From Diadema antillarum (Eukaryota): a DNA stretch of 64,000 bases. Each line of letters starts with the position of its first letter. Within the stretch, counting starts at the first letter, position 1. The notes beneath the pieces were generated by a model, which searched no databases, had not been told where the DNA came from, and saw only the letters and a program-made list of their open reading frames with translations. Location: assembly GCF_040938485.1 (NCBI RefSeq), contig NW_027272576.1, positions 124,001-188,000 of the forward strand, written 5' to 3'. Positions 42,429-52,410 of this stretch are shown piece after piece. The translations under genes and the position numbers were made by a program.

Positions 42429-45400
42429 GCTTTTTGTACCTGGAGTAATGACTTTCGAAAAACATATCCCAGCATACAGCGCATTGTAATCATGTCGGGC
42501 AGTGCCTTGTTATTACAACATAATCAACACTCGAATTTCGATGCTACACGAAGATATCTTGTGAAAAAAAAATGACGTAAATGTCAATTTCGATCATTGG
42601 TCTTTAGTATGAAAGCTATTCCCAAACTTGTTAGTGGCTGCTGATGTCCATTCCCGGTACCAAATTCTATTCACCTCAGGGAAGATTTGCGCTTGTTGCG
42701 ATCTGTTTTTGACTTTCTGGTTCTTTTTCCTTTTTTCGATTAACTCATTGAGTAAACGCGTAAAAGATTTATGCAATGTAAGTCCATGCTTACGTGTGTT
42801 GAATTAAATCAGATCATCACTAATGTGGCCAAAAGGATATCGAAAAATTATGTGCCATATATTCTATGATATTCTTGGACACTCCCACAAAAAACCCTTC
42901 CAAACCAAGATTCTGTCGATGACATCATCTGTCAATCACTGCTAGAGCGCTGAAATCATATTATGAACTATATCAGTAAATCTAGTCAGCTGGACTTACT
43001 TATAATTTGGAGTAGCGAAGTTTCTCGTCCTCTCCGGGACGCTTCATCAGGACGACTGATCTTTGGCGGCAATTGGTTGTTGACCCGTAACAGGGTCGGG
43101 GAATTTCGGAGAGCGCCGAGGAATCTTCCGAACTGCCGGATTGTAGGCTCCGGCTAGGTTGTGTCGCAGACCCCCTCCTCGGTTTAGGGATGGCTCCTCC
43201 CTTTTTACGTAGATAGACTCTTTGACTCCCTCTGGACCCACCGTGCCTCGCGATCTAAGATGACCACGTCCTTGTTGTCAAAGAAGTGGTTACTGCTGTT
43301 CAGATGGGAGTTTACGGCAGAGTCTCCACATCCAGACGAGATAAAGCAGACCTTAGCCAAACGTATGTGCCAGCACAGATGAGTTTGTCTCTTTGAAAGA
43401 GACAACGTTATACGGTTCCCTGTGTTTCCGGACTTTCAAAGAATATCCGTAAAATCTTTAGCAAGCATCATATTCCTATCTCTTTCAAGCCTACCAACAC
43501 ATTGAGACAGAAGTTAGTCCATCCTAAGGATAAGACTCCGAAGGACCAACAAAACAACGTGGTCTATGCTATCCAATGCAAGGATGACGAGAGTGAAGAG
43601 CTGTACATAGGAGAGAAAAGCAGACCTTAGCCAAACGTATATGTACCAGCAGAGACGAGCTAGCGCGTCTGGATGTGGAGACTCTGCCGTATACTCCCAT
43701 CTGAACAGCAGTAACCACACCTTTGACAACAAGGATGTGGTCATCTTAGATCGCGAGGCACAGTGATTCGAGTGGGGAGTCAAAGAGTCTATCTACGTAA
43801 AAAAGGGAGGAGCCATCCCTAAACCGAGGAGGGGGCCTGCGACACAACCTAGCCGGAGCCTACAATCCGGCAGTTCGGAAGATTCCTTGGCGCTTTTCGA
43901 AATTCCCCGACCCTGTTACGGGTCAACAACCAATTGCCGCCAAAGATCAATCGTCCTGATGAAGCGTCCCGGAGAGGACGTGAAACTTCGCTACTCCAAA
44001 TTACAATTAAGTCCAGTTGACTAGATTTACTGATTGATTATGAGATGCTTTACCTGGATGACTTAGAACATTCACAAAGATATCATATTATGATTAATCA
44101 AAGGCATTGGAAAGCACCTTCCCCTAGACTGCTGGACATAGCATAACTTGCATGTTTCCATACAATGTCCTCCTTTTAGTCATTACTGTTTATCATATTA
44201 TCTGTTTCGTTTGTCATTGTTTTTCTCCAGATGGTGGATTTGCTGCTGTTCTGCAGTATATTGAGTGTGTTCCTCCTTTCGTATGGCATCGCCTCACAAG
44301 CCATTCTCTACCCTAACACCAGTGGAGTCCTGGAGGTCATTCGGGGTATCACCTACAGGGCCTACTTCCAGGTGTTTGGCGAGTTGTTTCTGGAAGTAAT
44401 CGAGGGTAAGCTATAGCACTTCATTTTCCGCAGCTTGTCACAACCATTCCAATGGTGCCTCTGCTTCTCAGGAATGAATAGCGTGCCATCTACATTAAAG
44501 ATAATAAAAAGTTTTGGTACCTCAAAAGTTTCCTTGAATTTCCTTGTCTTAGTTTGTGTTTCAGGTTAAAGTGCCTTCCATATAACTAACACTGTGAGAC
44601 TTACTCGCCCCAAAGTGCTCTCATGTCTTAGTAATCATGCAATTAACTGCGACCAGCAGCCCCATACGCATAGCGACCAGCAGTCCCATACGCATAGCGT
44701 AATCGGGCTTCACATTGTAGCATTCAGGATCATGACAGATTTAGTATCGCGGGTAAATGTCAACTTAAAATCCAAAAATTTATTCGATTTGAAGACTTAC
44801 CAATTAAGTTGAAGTATTGAAAACAGGCTTCGGGCAACGTTTGGTTCTGCCTATAGTCCCTTCCTGTTCGAATTGATGACTGAATGTGACTCGGTCGAGA
44901 GGACCTTGGGAGAGCTACCATACACTGAATACTACAGCCAGTGCATGCGAACACATGTCACATCACACAAATTTCAAATCCATCAACGGATAAGATGTTT
45001 GAGATCCCAATTCGGAGTCGATAGACATTTTCATCTTGTTATTTCGTTAAGATTCGATGCCTTTGCCACTTTCGTTTTCCGAGCTCACTGTATTAGTAAT
45101 ACATTTATCACTTTATTTTCTCGCAAAGCAGTTAACAAACCAAACTCCCCGTTTATATTTCCTCTTGCACTGTGGTATAGTGGATAAGACTCTTGATTTT
45201 CACGCGCGGAGATCCCGGGTTCTCCCTGCCAAGTCACCAAAGAGAGTGTTTATGTTCTTGGAGGAGATGTTTTAACACATGATGTTCCTGTTGACCCATG
45301 TGAATAAATGTGTATCTGGGCATGCTAGGGGTAATCGTAATGGCAAATACCAGGGCCCTGTGGTAGAGCAGTGGCAACACTGAAGAGATCCTGCGCATGG

Positions 45401-48400
45401 GTAAAGAAGACATCATTACTTTACTCTACAGCACGATATTGGAATGGACCTTGTAGATTCCAAGTTTGTTAAGCATTGCCCATCTGTGTTTGTGTTTGTT
45501 TGTGAGAGTGTCTGTGTGTGTATCTATATTTGTGGGGATCTGCTGTACATTTTGGTAACCTCTTCGTGTTTGTGCTTATTGTGGACTGTATAGGCGATAC
45601 TGACTGTTCGAATAACGCGACCCTGATAGCACAGGGTGAGATGCCTTGCCCGCAGAACTCTTGGATGGCAGTGATACTGCTTGGTGTGTACATGCTTGTC
45701 AGCAACGTGCTTCTCCTCAACCTTCTCATCGCCATGTTCAGGTATGCTATTAACTATATGCCGCGTAAGATTCTAGCCACCTGATTGGTCGAACGGTCGT
45801 CACGTGTTCGTGCAAACATAATCGTCTGCTATCATGATGAGCTAAATCAAAGATTATGAACTATAGTTCCGTCGAAATGACGAACTTTCTGGATGACGAA
45901 CCTTAGGAATGTTGAACTTTGGTACAACGAACTGTATGTAGCCGAGCAAATTAGGCCCTGCATGAATATCCAAAACACTCCTGTTGGGTAAACATTAATG
46001 TTGTTGTTGTTGTTTTATAGAAAGAAAGAAGAGAGAGAAAAATGGGGCCCTAAACAAATAATTTGCCCCAGACAGGACTTAACATTAAACAGACATTATA
46101 AATCTTAGAAAAATTACAAGATTATTAAATATATGTATCAAGTCTCCATGAGGGAGCTCATATCGTCTCCACGAGGGAGCTGATATTGTCTCCACAAAGG
46201 AGCTCATTAATGACTGCATTAAACACATACTATATGCACAAAGAACCTACAGTATTTCCTTGTATTTCATTTCGTTACGAGCTTTGATAATTATTTGAAT
46301 ATATTGAAATACCATGTCAAAACAAAACATATCAAATCAAATCAAAATGTGGATGAAATAATATCATATCCATGATATTACAGCTAAGACGTATACTCAT
46401 TACCTCGTTTCTCGACGAACAGTTATACATTCACGACTGTGCAGGAGAACACGGACGAAGTATGGAAATTCCACCGCTACGAGCTCATCAAGGAGTACAT
46501 CGACAAGCCGTTCCTCGTACCCCCTTTCATCATCATCGCTCACGTGGTCCGTCTCATTCGTTGCCTCTGTTGCAAACCGTGCATTGGCGGACCCAAACAG
46601 GGTTCAGGTAAGAAAACGAAGTCGCTTTCCGCATTGACAAAGACAGTGATTTCTCAGTAACATATTCTTAAATTGCCCAGATTGTGGATATACTGAATGA
46701 GATAAGGAGAATCCACAAGTTGTGATAGCATATATCAGTAGATGAACTCGTTTTATGAATCGAAGTATGCAGCCGAGTCTGCGAATTGCAATATGTAGGG
46801 CCTACATGAGATCACATTGCAGTCGGCAGTTATAGGTACAATCCTTTGAAATGCGTGCTTGTGTGTTTCTGTTGAGGTTAGACTTTGATAATTAGCACTG
46901 ACCAAAGAGGTTACGTACTTTAATATTTATCCTCTTTGGCGCTGACCGATGTGAGAAAAATGTAATGTCGCTTTTTTAAAGCAGTACACATGGTTGTTAT
47001 CCTTGGTTCCACATTATTCAAGCTTTAAAGACAGATGGAAAATTGAGTTTAAACCTTGCCTTAAAGCATTGCAGAAACTAACCATGCTAGCTTCCTGAGA
47101 CTGGGTACACTGTAGATTCACCTCGTTTTTGTAGCAATAAAGTCACATCTAGGCCTACATCTATGGTGTCCATATATAGGCAGCTCGTAAGATACATTGC
47201 CGTGAACTGTCATAAAATGCGGGATCCCTGCAGAAACCATCTTGTTTATGCCTGAAAAATGAATTTACTGATAATGTAACCACAAAGATATATGAACGAT
47301 ATGAGTAATATCTGCGCTGATTGCATTATTTAGTTGTTATTGTTGTTGTTGTTTTTTGGGATATTATATTACCGAGGGAATTAACACTTCTCTTACCAGC
47401 GGCAATCTTTTTTTGCAAACAATATAAGTGCCATTTTCAGATAGTGGGTGTGAAAGGGTTAAGCAATTAAGACTCTATAGTGATGGCAGGTTCTTGACTA
47501 CCTGTTTGATTGCCAGACCGCACTGAAGGATCAGAGACCGCTATGACCGAACAGTCCCTTATGCACTGGGAGTATCTGCGACTCGAGACTTACATGGTGA
47601 AGCAGAGGACAGAGACGGTCAAGGACATCGGCAAACAGGTGCAGAACCTCGGCAAGAAGTAAGTCATCTCGTCACAGGGTACTAGTATGGGAGCACTGTG
47701 GCCTAGTGGATAGGACTCTTGAGTTTCAATCAGGGGGCCCCAAGTTCAAATCCTGTCAAGTGCCTTGCCTTGGCCTATACTTCCTTGGACAATACGTATT
47801 TACCGATCATGTCTCTCTCGATCCAGGTGTTTGATTGAATACCTNNNNNNNNNNNNNNNNNNNNNNNNNNNNNNNNNNNNNNNNNNNNNNNNNNNNNNNN
47901 NNNNNNNNNNNNNNNNNNNNNNNNNNNNNNNNNNNNNNNNNNNNNNNNNNNNNNNNNNNNNNNNNNNNNNNNNNNNNNNNNNNNNNNNNNNNNNNNNNNN
48001 NNNNNNNNNNNNNNNNNNNNNNNNNNNTTCGCACTTGTGTCAGTCCGATTCCTAATTGCTGCATTCAATTTAGCAAAATTTAGCGTAGATGACATGTTCG
48101 GTAGTTCAATTTTATGATCTCTTCATTCAAATTCATTTTGGAGCATTCAAATTACCTTTAGCGTCATTCTAATTAACACTTTTTCAATTGAAATTCGTAA
48201 AACTAGCACCATTTCGTTATTCGTTCATTCAATTTAGAATGATATAGTCACGTGATCACGGACATGCCGCACTCGTTCATTCAAATTCATTTTTGGGCAT
48301 CCAATTTAACATCTTTTGCAGTCAATTTAGCACGCATGTTTATGCTTTGGTTCTTTCTTTATTTTTTTTTATCAACACAGTTACTGTTTTGCAAGCGTCA

Positions 48401-49156
48401 TTACATTTCATATTTTCGTACTTATTTGAAAGATTTTGGTAACAGGTTTTTTTTTCTTCAATGTGCTTAGTGATTCTTCCAGTCCGAAGATTTAGTGCAT
48501 CATGTGGCCACAACTTATCTGGCCGTTGAGTGCTTTATTCCGAGTGTGTCGGCCAGTTCTAGGAAGTCAAGGTTATGATCATCAAATGTTTCTATAATTC
48601 TTTTTCTGTCTTCTTGAGAAATACGTCTGTATCTAATTTGTGCTGTCATGACTGTAAGAAGATGAAGTTAGTATTGGTACATGTAGGCCTAAAATGACAT
48701 GTATGAAAGAAAAGGGGCGTTACAGAACAACAAACCCGAGTTATGTATGGTAAAAAGTATGATACTTTTACTGCTTAACAGTGCGTGGATGAAACAAAAA
48801 GTCACATAGAAATACGCGTTTAAATGTTATCACCTTTTCAAAAGAGAAATAACATGACGTTAATTTGAATGAACATGTTAGGAATTTGAATGCCCATACG
48901 CGAAATTGAATGACTGAAATACCCCTTTCGGCCAGTGTTGGCGAATTTGAATGACTGAAGAGCACGTGCCAATTTGAATGCTCGTTTTACGAATTCGAAT
49001 GGCACATGTGCAAATTTCATTGATCGAAATGCTAAATTGAACGACCAACTTGCAATTTTGAATGACAGAATGTGCAGTGACGAGGATTTTCGCTAAATTG
49101 AATGAACCTTTTATCAAATGGACTGACAAAAGTGCGAAATTGGCCGGGAAAACCTA

Positions 49157-49201
<45 letters not shown>

Positions 49202-50889
49202 CATTATGGCAGGGCCCTCTGGTAGAGCAGTGCAGACAACACTGAAGAGGCTACCTTGGATAAAGAAGGCTATATCATCATTATTGTATTAATTATCCCT
49301 TTAACCATGTAGCATTGTTGTCTTTTACTTTCCTTTTTACGCGTTAAACCATACTGACCAGTGAGGCAGCGTGTAAAACCCTCCACCCGATCATCGCCCA
49401 CACCCCAAAACCGAATAGAGTGAAGATTTCCTCTCAGCTTGTTGTTTTTCTTTGCTAAATGACAGACAATGCTAAATTCCTCTGAAATGCCACATCATAG
49501 GCCAAATATTCCTTGCATGTGTATCTATCCCTTGCAAATTTCATTCTTGGGAATTCATTAATTTCTTCGTCTACCAAATTGTAATGCTTATTGTGAAACC
49601 GTAGTGAAGTGATTTGATAATGAGAAAATCATTCTATATCACTGAACCCAACTTCACTATTATCTATTTTCATTGTTATACTCAACAGCATTAAACTGTG
49701 GACTTAGTCATGACATCGCATTTATTGCTTGGATGATTTTGCTTTAAATTCACTTCTACAGAGTGGACAGAATTGAGAGTTCGATGAGTAGAACGCAGCT
49801 GATCGAGAAGAAGCTGGAGAGCGTTGAGCAGCGGGTAAGTTCCATGACTGTTTATTTCACAGTTTCACCCGAGATTACACCTTTATACTCCCACAGTGTG
49901 GGAAATTGTTAAAACACTGTACCACATTTTTCACAGTGTCTTCCATTACTCACAGTGTATTTGTACTGCACAGTGCAGTTTTCTGAAAAGAGCAGTATAC
50001 AAGTATGATATCTATAAAATGTGAAGCACCAGTGTGGCAACATATTTTAGGTTCTATGGTTTTATTGCACGCTTTCACCAGAAACTACGCCTTATATCCC
50101 ACAGTGTGGAAATATCTTAAAGCACTGTGGCAAAATTTCCTCAATGTTTTCCGATACCCACAGTGTAATTATTGCAGTGCAGTTGTCTGAAAAGTGTAGC
50201 ATGATATCTGTGTAGCACAATGTGACAACATACGTTCTTAATGTTATCACACCCTTTTAAGAGAATCGGGATACACCTTATATTCCACAGTGCTGAAATG
50301 TGATAAAACACTGTGATACATTTCCCAGAGTACTTTTATCTGGCGGTACTCTCAGTGTAGTGCAATTGTCAGAAGAGAGCAATGCAATATCTCATGTGTT
50401 GCACAGTGTGACAATGCACATGCAATGTATACACTGCACGAATGCGACCAAATCTAATGAGCTTCCCGTGTTATCCGCTCCCTGTTCGTACAGGGCAATT
50501 CTAAACTTTCTGTCAACTCTGAAAGCTCGCGCAGTCTGTAGGTTATACCAGAAGCATGTTGTGAAGAAGGCAACGGATATAAATTAGAAATACGAGAAAC
50601 ACCATAGAGATGTTTTCAAAAAGACTCACCTCTCCACCCCCAAAGTCCAGCTGCAAAGTGCACGAGTTTGCATTTTTCTTGTTTATCTATCCGTAGTAAT
50701 TTTTTTTTTGATGGAAATAGGAGACATGGTTTTAAAGCTGAGTATGAGATAAAGATGAATTATATTGACCAGTGGTTGTGAAATATTGTTTTTGGTCCCC
50801 AGGTCCAGGACATGGAATCAAACCTGGAGAAGCAACTCGCAGACATCATCGACCTGATCAAGAAGTCACAGCAGCCAGACACGACATGA
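24426..50889 (+). CDS. TRPM: TRPM-family cation channel (invertebrate TRPM2-like pore, no C-terminal enzyme domain), 23 mapped coding exons
   Basis: Exons join in frame with GT-AG sites (3493 nt). Motifs: LLISVTGGAGNF, AWIISGG, LDPNHTHFILVD, VCVLLEGGP, FEELRQ, WNRID, LGPKLLMIGKM, YFQVFGELFLE, NVLLLNLLIAMF, TRP box WKFHR, coiled coil, TGA at 50887-50889. The start codon is not located. Confidence 0.95.
24601..25071. mobile_element. TTAA-flanked MITE (Kolobok-like)
   Basis: TTAA|AGGGGACCTCCGGATGATTTT...AAAATCGTCTGGAATGCCCCT|TTAA. Confidence 0.75.
25790..26095. repeat. Imperfect fold-back element
   Basis: Central 13-bp stem cacgagaccgaca/tgtcggtctcgtg; CCCA(C/T)GAG-like motifs on the left, their complements on the right. 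Confidence 0.55.
26547..26809. repeat. Perfect 123-bp inverted repeat, 17-nt spacer, SINE-body derived
   Basis: 26547-26669 is the reverse complement of 26687-26809. Confidence 0.9.
26871..27040 (+). mobile_element. tRNA-derived SINE (3' truncated)
   Basis: A-box TGGTCTAGTGG at 26877, B-box GGTTCGAATCC at 26921; body shared with the copy at 40591. Confidence 0.75.
27149..27329 (+). CDS. TRPM: TRPM exon E2 (MHR1/2)
   Basis: FVKVDAQT...WQIRKPRLLISVTGGAGNF...FRRGLIKASLST; AG/GT sites; phase 0-1. Confidence 0.95.
28094..28254 (+). CDS. TRPM: TRPM exon E3
   Basis: NAWIISGGTYAGVMKYVGEAVRDF...VAIGIATWGII; phase 1-0. Confidence 0.95.
30076..30280 (+). CDS. TRPM: TRPM exon E4
   Basis: ...SLDPNHTHFILVDSGKEEFGGEVDLRGRF; donor GTGAGT. 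The 5' boundary was chosen by phase because the acceptor is weak. Confidence 0.85.
30639..31316. mobile_element. MITE with TGTGACCCTGCAC/GTGCACGGTCA termini in TA context
   Basis: Imperfect terminal inverted repeats; flanked by (CT)n and (TA)n. Confidence 0.55.
31384..31528 (+). CDS. TRPM: TRPM exon E5
   Basis: FHVCVLLEGGPNSLKTV...TPVVVIRGTGRIADVLA; donor GTGAGT; phase 1-2. Confidence 0.93.
32496..32686 (+). CDS. TRPM: TRPM exon E6
   Basis: ...IMEKCLDRKEALTFCKLDDSTDLPGVILNALLR; donor GTAACG; phase 2-1. Confidence 0.85.
33510..33610 (+). CDS. TRPM: TRPM exon E7
   Basis: DQLKIAMIWNRAEVAREKLF...W; donor GTAAGT; phase 1-0. Confidence 0.95.
34059..34193 (+). CDS. TRPM: TRPM exon E8
   Basis: AICNNQVEFIQLFLEQDLSVQKYLT...LYN; phase 0-0. 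Confidence 0.95.
34518..34574 (+). CDS. TRPM: TRPM exon E9 (57 nt)
   Basis: LDPKSFLYHLLRKHRPSSR; cccatAG and GTAAGA sites; phase 0-0. Confidence 0.85.
35085..35200. repeat. (AATAT)n microsatellite
   Basis: Direct reading. Confidence 0.9.
35359..35536 (+). CDS. TRPM: TRPM exon E10
   Basis: TFTLSDVSKLIK...; donor GTAAGT; phase 0-1. Confidence 0.9.
36091..36316 (+). CDS. TRPM: TRPM exon E11 (MHR4)
   Basis: FPYQELFLYAILQDRFELATLFWERCKEPIAAALTA; phase 1-2. Confidence 0.95.
37194..37419 (+). CDS. TRPM: TRPM exon E12 (MHR4/pre-S1)
   Basis: EKFEQMAVRVLDEC...PNWGKASC...FTSHTSVQNVLNRMWLGEI; phase 2-0. Confidence 0.95.
38054..38152 (+). CDS. TRPM: TRPM exon E13 (pre-S1 elbow, start of acidic loop)
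   Basis: IWLALFFPPAIFFVQFRHDDREEQHYQETESDD; phase 0-0. Confidence 0.9.
38883..39007 (+). CDS. TRPM: TRPM exon E14 (acidic disordered loop)
   Basis: DTESQEGESEARPQQ...STDWDAGDI. Required to bridge phase 0 (E13) to phase 2 (E15); donor GTGAGG. Confidence 0.75.
40036..40186 (+). CDS. TRPM: TRPM exon E15
   Basis: ...RKLGYCARVFHFFTSPVVKFNMHL; donor GTGAGT; phase 2-0. Confidence 0.93.
40300..40478 (-). mobile_element. tRNA-derived SINE
   Basis: Minus-strand GTGGATAAGACG...GAGTTCGAATCCC head and CTCGACCAAGGTGTATAAACGGGTACC core. Confidence 0.6.
40591..40795 (+). mobile_element. tRNA-derived SINE, same family as 26871
   Basis: gctcgctagtctagtgg...ggttcgagtcc...atcatggctactgaaaacactga. Confidence 0.7.
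40900..41028 (+). CDS. TRPM: TRPM exon E16 (S1-S2)
   Basis: ISYFAFLGLFSYIML...EIVLVVWVGTLFFEELRQ; phase 0-0. Confidence 0.96.
41803..42048 (+). CDS. TRPM: TRPM exon E17 (S3-S4, S4-S5 linker)
   Basis: WFGDFWNRID...RIVLCCDLMFFFVRML...LGPKLLMIGKM; phase 0-0. Confidence 0.96.
42967..44081 (+). mobile_element. 5'-truncated Penelope-like retroelement with inverted arm; GIY-YIG endonuclease pseudo-ORF
   Basis: About 43400-43960 reads ...TLRQKLVHPKDK...NVVYAIQC...LYIGE...DSAVYSHL...VILDRE...GVKESIYVK..PSLNRGGGLRHNL with frameshifts. Arm 42972-43338 is inverted relative to 43666-44034. TSD ATCATATTATGA at 42955-42966 and 44082-44093. Confidence 0.92.
43956..43989 (+). ncRNA. Hammerhead-ribozyme-like core in Penelope pLTR (probably degenerate; second copy on - strand 43017-43050)
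   Basis: CUGAUGA-A-GCGUCC-cggaga-GGACGU-GAAAC-UUC; stem II is good, stems I and III are poor. Confidence 0.55.
44231..44405 (+). CDS. TRPM: TRPM exon E18 (S5, pore helix, filter)
   Basis: DLLLFCSILSVFLLSYGIASQAILYPN...YRAYFQVFGELFLEVIE; phase 0-1. Confidence 0.96.
45170..45420 (+). mobile_element. tRNA-derived SINE
   Basis: gcactgtggtatagtggataagactcttga head; 3' part cagggccctgtggtagagcagt...cactgaagag recurs at about 49209-49265. Confidence 0.6.
45594..45741 (+). CDS. TRPM: TRPM exon E19 (outer pore, S6)
   Basis: DCSNNAT...PCPQNSWMAVILLGVYMLVSNVLLLNLLIAMF; phase 1-2. Confidence 0.96.
46423..46607 (+). CDS. TRPM: TRPM exon E20 (TRP box)
   Basis: SYTFTTVQENTDEVWKFHRYELIKEY...PFLVPPFIIIAH; phase 2-1. 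Confidence 0.96.
47517..47658 (+). CDS. TRPM: TRPM exon E21 (rib helix)
   Basis: ...SLMHWEYLRLETYM...; donor GTAAGT; phase 1-2. Confidence 0.9.
47690..47844 (+). mobile_element. tRNA-derived SINE running into a gap
   Basis: gcactgtggcctagtggataggactcttga...agttcaaatcc...ctctcgatccaggtgt. Confidence 0.6.
47845..48027. other. Assembly gap (N)
   Basis: Run of N; hides the left terminus of the Tc1-like element. Confidence 1.
48028..49156 (-). mobile_element. Internally deleted IS630/Tc1/mariner-type DNA transposon with transposase HTH remnant
   Basis: TIR ttcgcacttgtgtcagtcc versus ggactgacaaaagtgcgaa; TA at the right end; subterminal AATTTGAATG repeats. Minus strand 48649-48515 encodes MTAQIRYRRISQEDRKRIIETFDDHNLDFLELADTLGIKHSTAR*. 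Confidence 0.75.
49762..49834 (+). CDS. TRPM: TRPM exon E22 (coiled coil)
   Basis: VDRIESSMSRTQLIEKKLESVEQR; donor GTAAGT; phase 2-0. Confidence 0.9.
49875..50420. repeat. Degenerate tandem repeat (about 190-210 bp x3) rich in CACAGTG
   Basis: Unit starts near 49877, 50085 and 50272; eight CACAGTG and two CACTGTG. Confidence 0.7.
50803..50889 (+). CDS. TRPM: TRPM terminal exon E23
   Basis: ccccAG|VQDMESNLEKQLADIIDLIKKSQQPDTT*. The heptad pattern continues the coiled coil. Confidence 0.85.
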   Translation, partial: VQDMESNLEKQLADIIDLIKKSQQPDTT

Positions 50890-52410
50890 AGGGATTCCCA
50901 TCTTCTCCGCTTCGTTCAGTCAGGAGCAGAGGAACACTTGAAGTAACCTTGGCTCCCTTTATAGATGCTCTTCTTGCCTTCTTCGCTTGCATTCCACGTG
51001 CGCTACAATCCGCTGGAGGTGTGGTTGGCGCCATCTCGACTGGAAGATCCGCGTTGATGCTCTTCAGAGCTCCGCTGTTGACTTTCGACGAACGGATGTC
51101 TTTCTTATCATTCTTATAAGTGTTATGTGTGTATAATGTTTGCGTAAGCGTATGTCTCCGATTGAAGGTGGTTTCACAGTTGATATGATAGAGGAAGGTA
51201 GAATTAGATTATGATATGCGAACGCCCTATGCACTTCTTGCAAATGCGTGATTTGATGGTGCTCCATCAGGAGAAGCGGGTGAGATTTGTGCTTCCTAAA
51301 TCTGTGCCTGGGTATAGATGCCAGCATTTTTGCCATCATTATGCCTTGCCAAATTGTAGGCATCATTTGGGATTGAATCCTTGCGTGTGCTATGACATGA
51401 CGCTTACTTGTTTCATTGTTTGTGTGTGTATATGTCTGCTGTTTTGGGGGTTTTTTTTTTGGTGTGTATAGGTAGAATTCAGCTTTGCTTCAGAATTTTT
51501 ATGAAGATATTGTGTACAAATAGCAACGTGGCATGTCAGCTCGTTCTTTTTCTTTTTATTCTTTTTATTTCCTGCAAAACTAAAAGATAATACTAATTAC
51601 CAAAGATTAGAAAAAAAAATGAAATAGATGTCTTCCAAGATTATCTACCAAATGATTTATGCAACGTTAGTAGCAAACGATGAAGGAGCAAAACAGTAGA
51701 ACAATGTCTACCAATGTTTACATGGAAATTTGGCAGTCAGAATGCGTTCAGAAAAACAAAAAACATGTGCATGATTGATGATTTTATATTACAACCTCAC
51801 AGAGGTGAAGAATTCACGACTCACATAAATATTTACTGACACTAATTTTCTATCGATATTTTTTCATAATCATTATGCGATCTCTTTGATGTTAATTTAT
51901 ACATTCAACAAGGTGCTTGGTGTGATTTACTTCAGTTTGTTATCCACAAAACACGATAGTTCGTCAATTGCGAGTTTCGAAAACCTATTTTTTTTTTTTT
52001 TTTTTACTGGGGGAGGGAATACAACACAGCTTGTCAAGTTGTCATTCTTTGCTGTACATGGTCACGTTGTGAAAAGGAAATCAAACGAAACAGTGTTGTT
52101 TCGTAATAACCATATAATGAAATATAATCAGACCGGGAAGCGGTAACTGCGTTAAATGCATCAGAGCAATGCAAAATGAGTGGAAGGAAATTAGATGATA
52201 TGATATGAAATCAGAATAAGCCAGTTCGGAGTTCTACTTTGCGCATGAGCAGAAAATAAGGTTGTTTCTACCAACAAGCGTGGTGGGTTTTAAATTCACT
52301 CAGATAAGCGTCTTTGACAATGATTATTCATGTAAGCCTTATAAAGTGGTGCTTGCCGGTTCATCCACATGAGAGCAAGCCTTATATTTGGCAAGTGCAT
52401 GAATTAAAGA

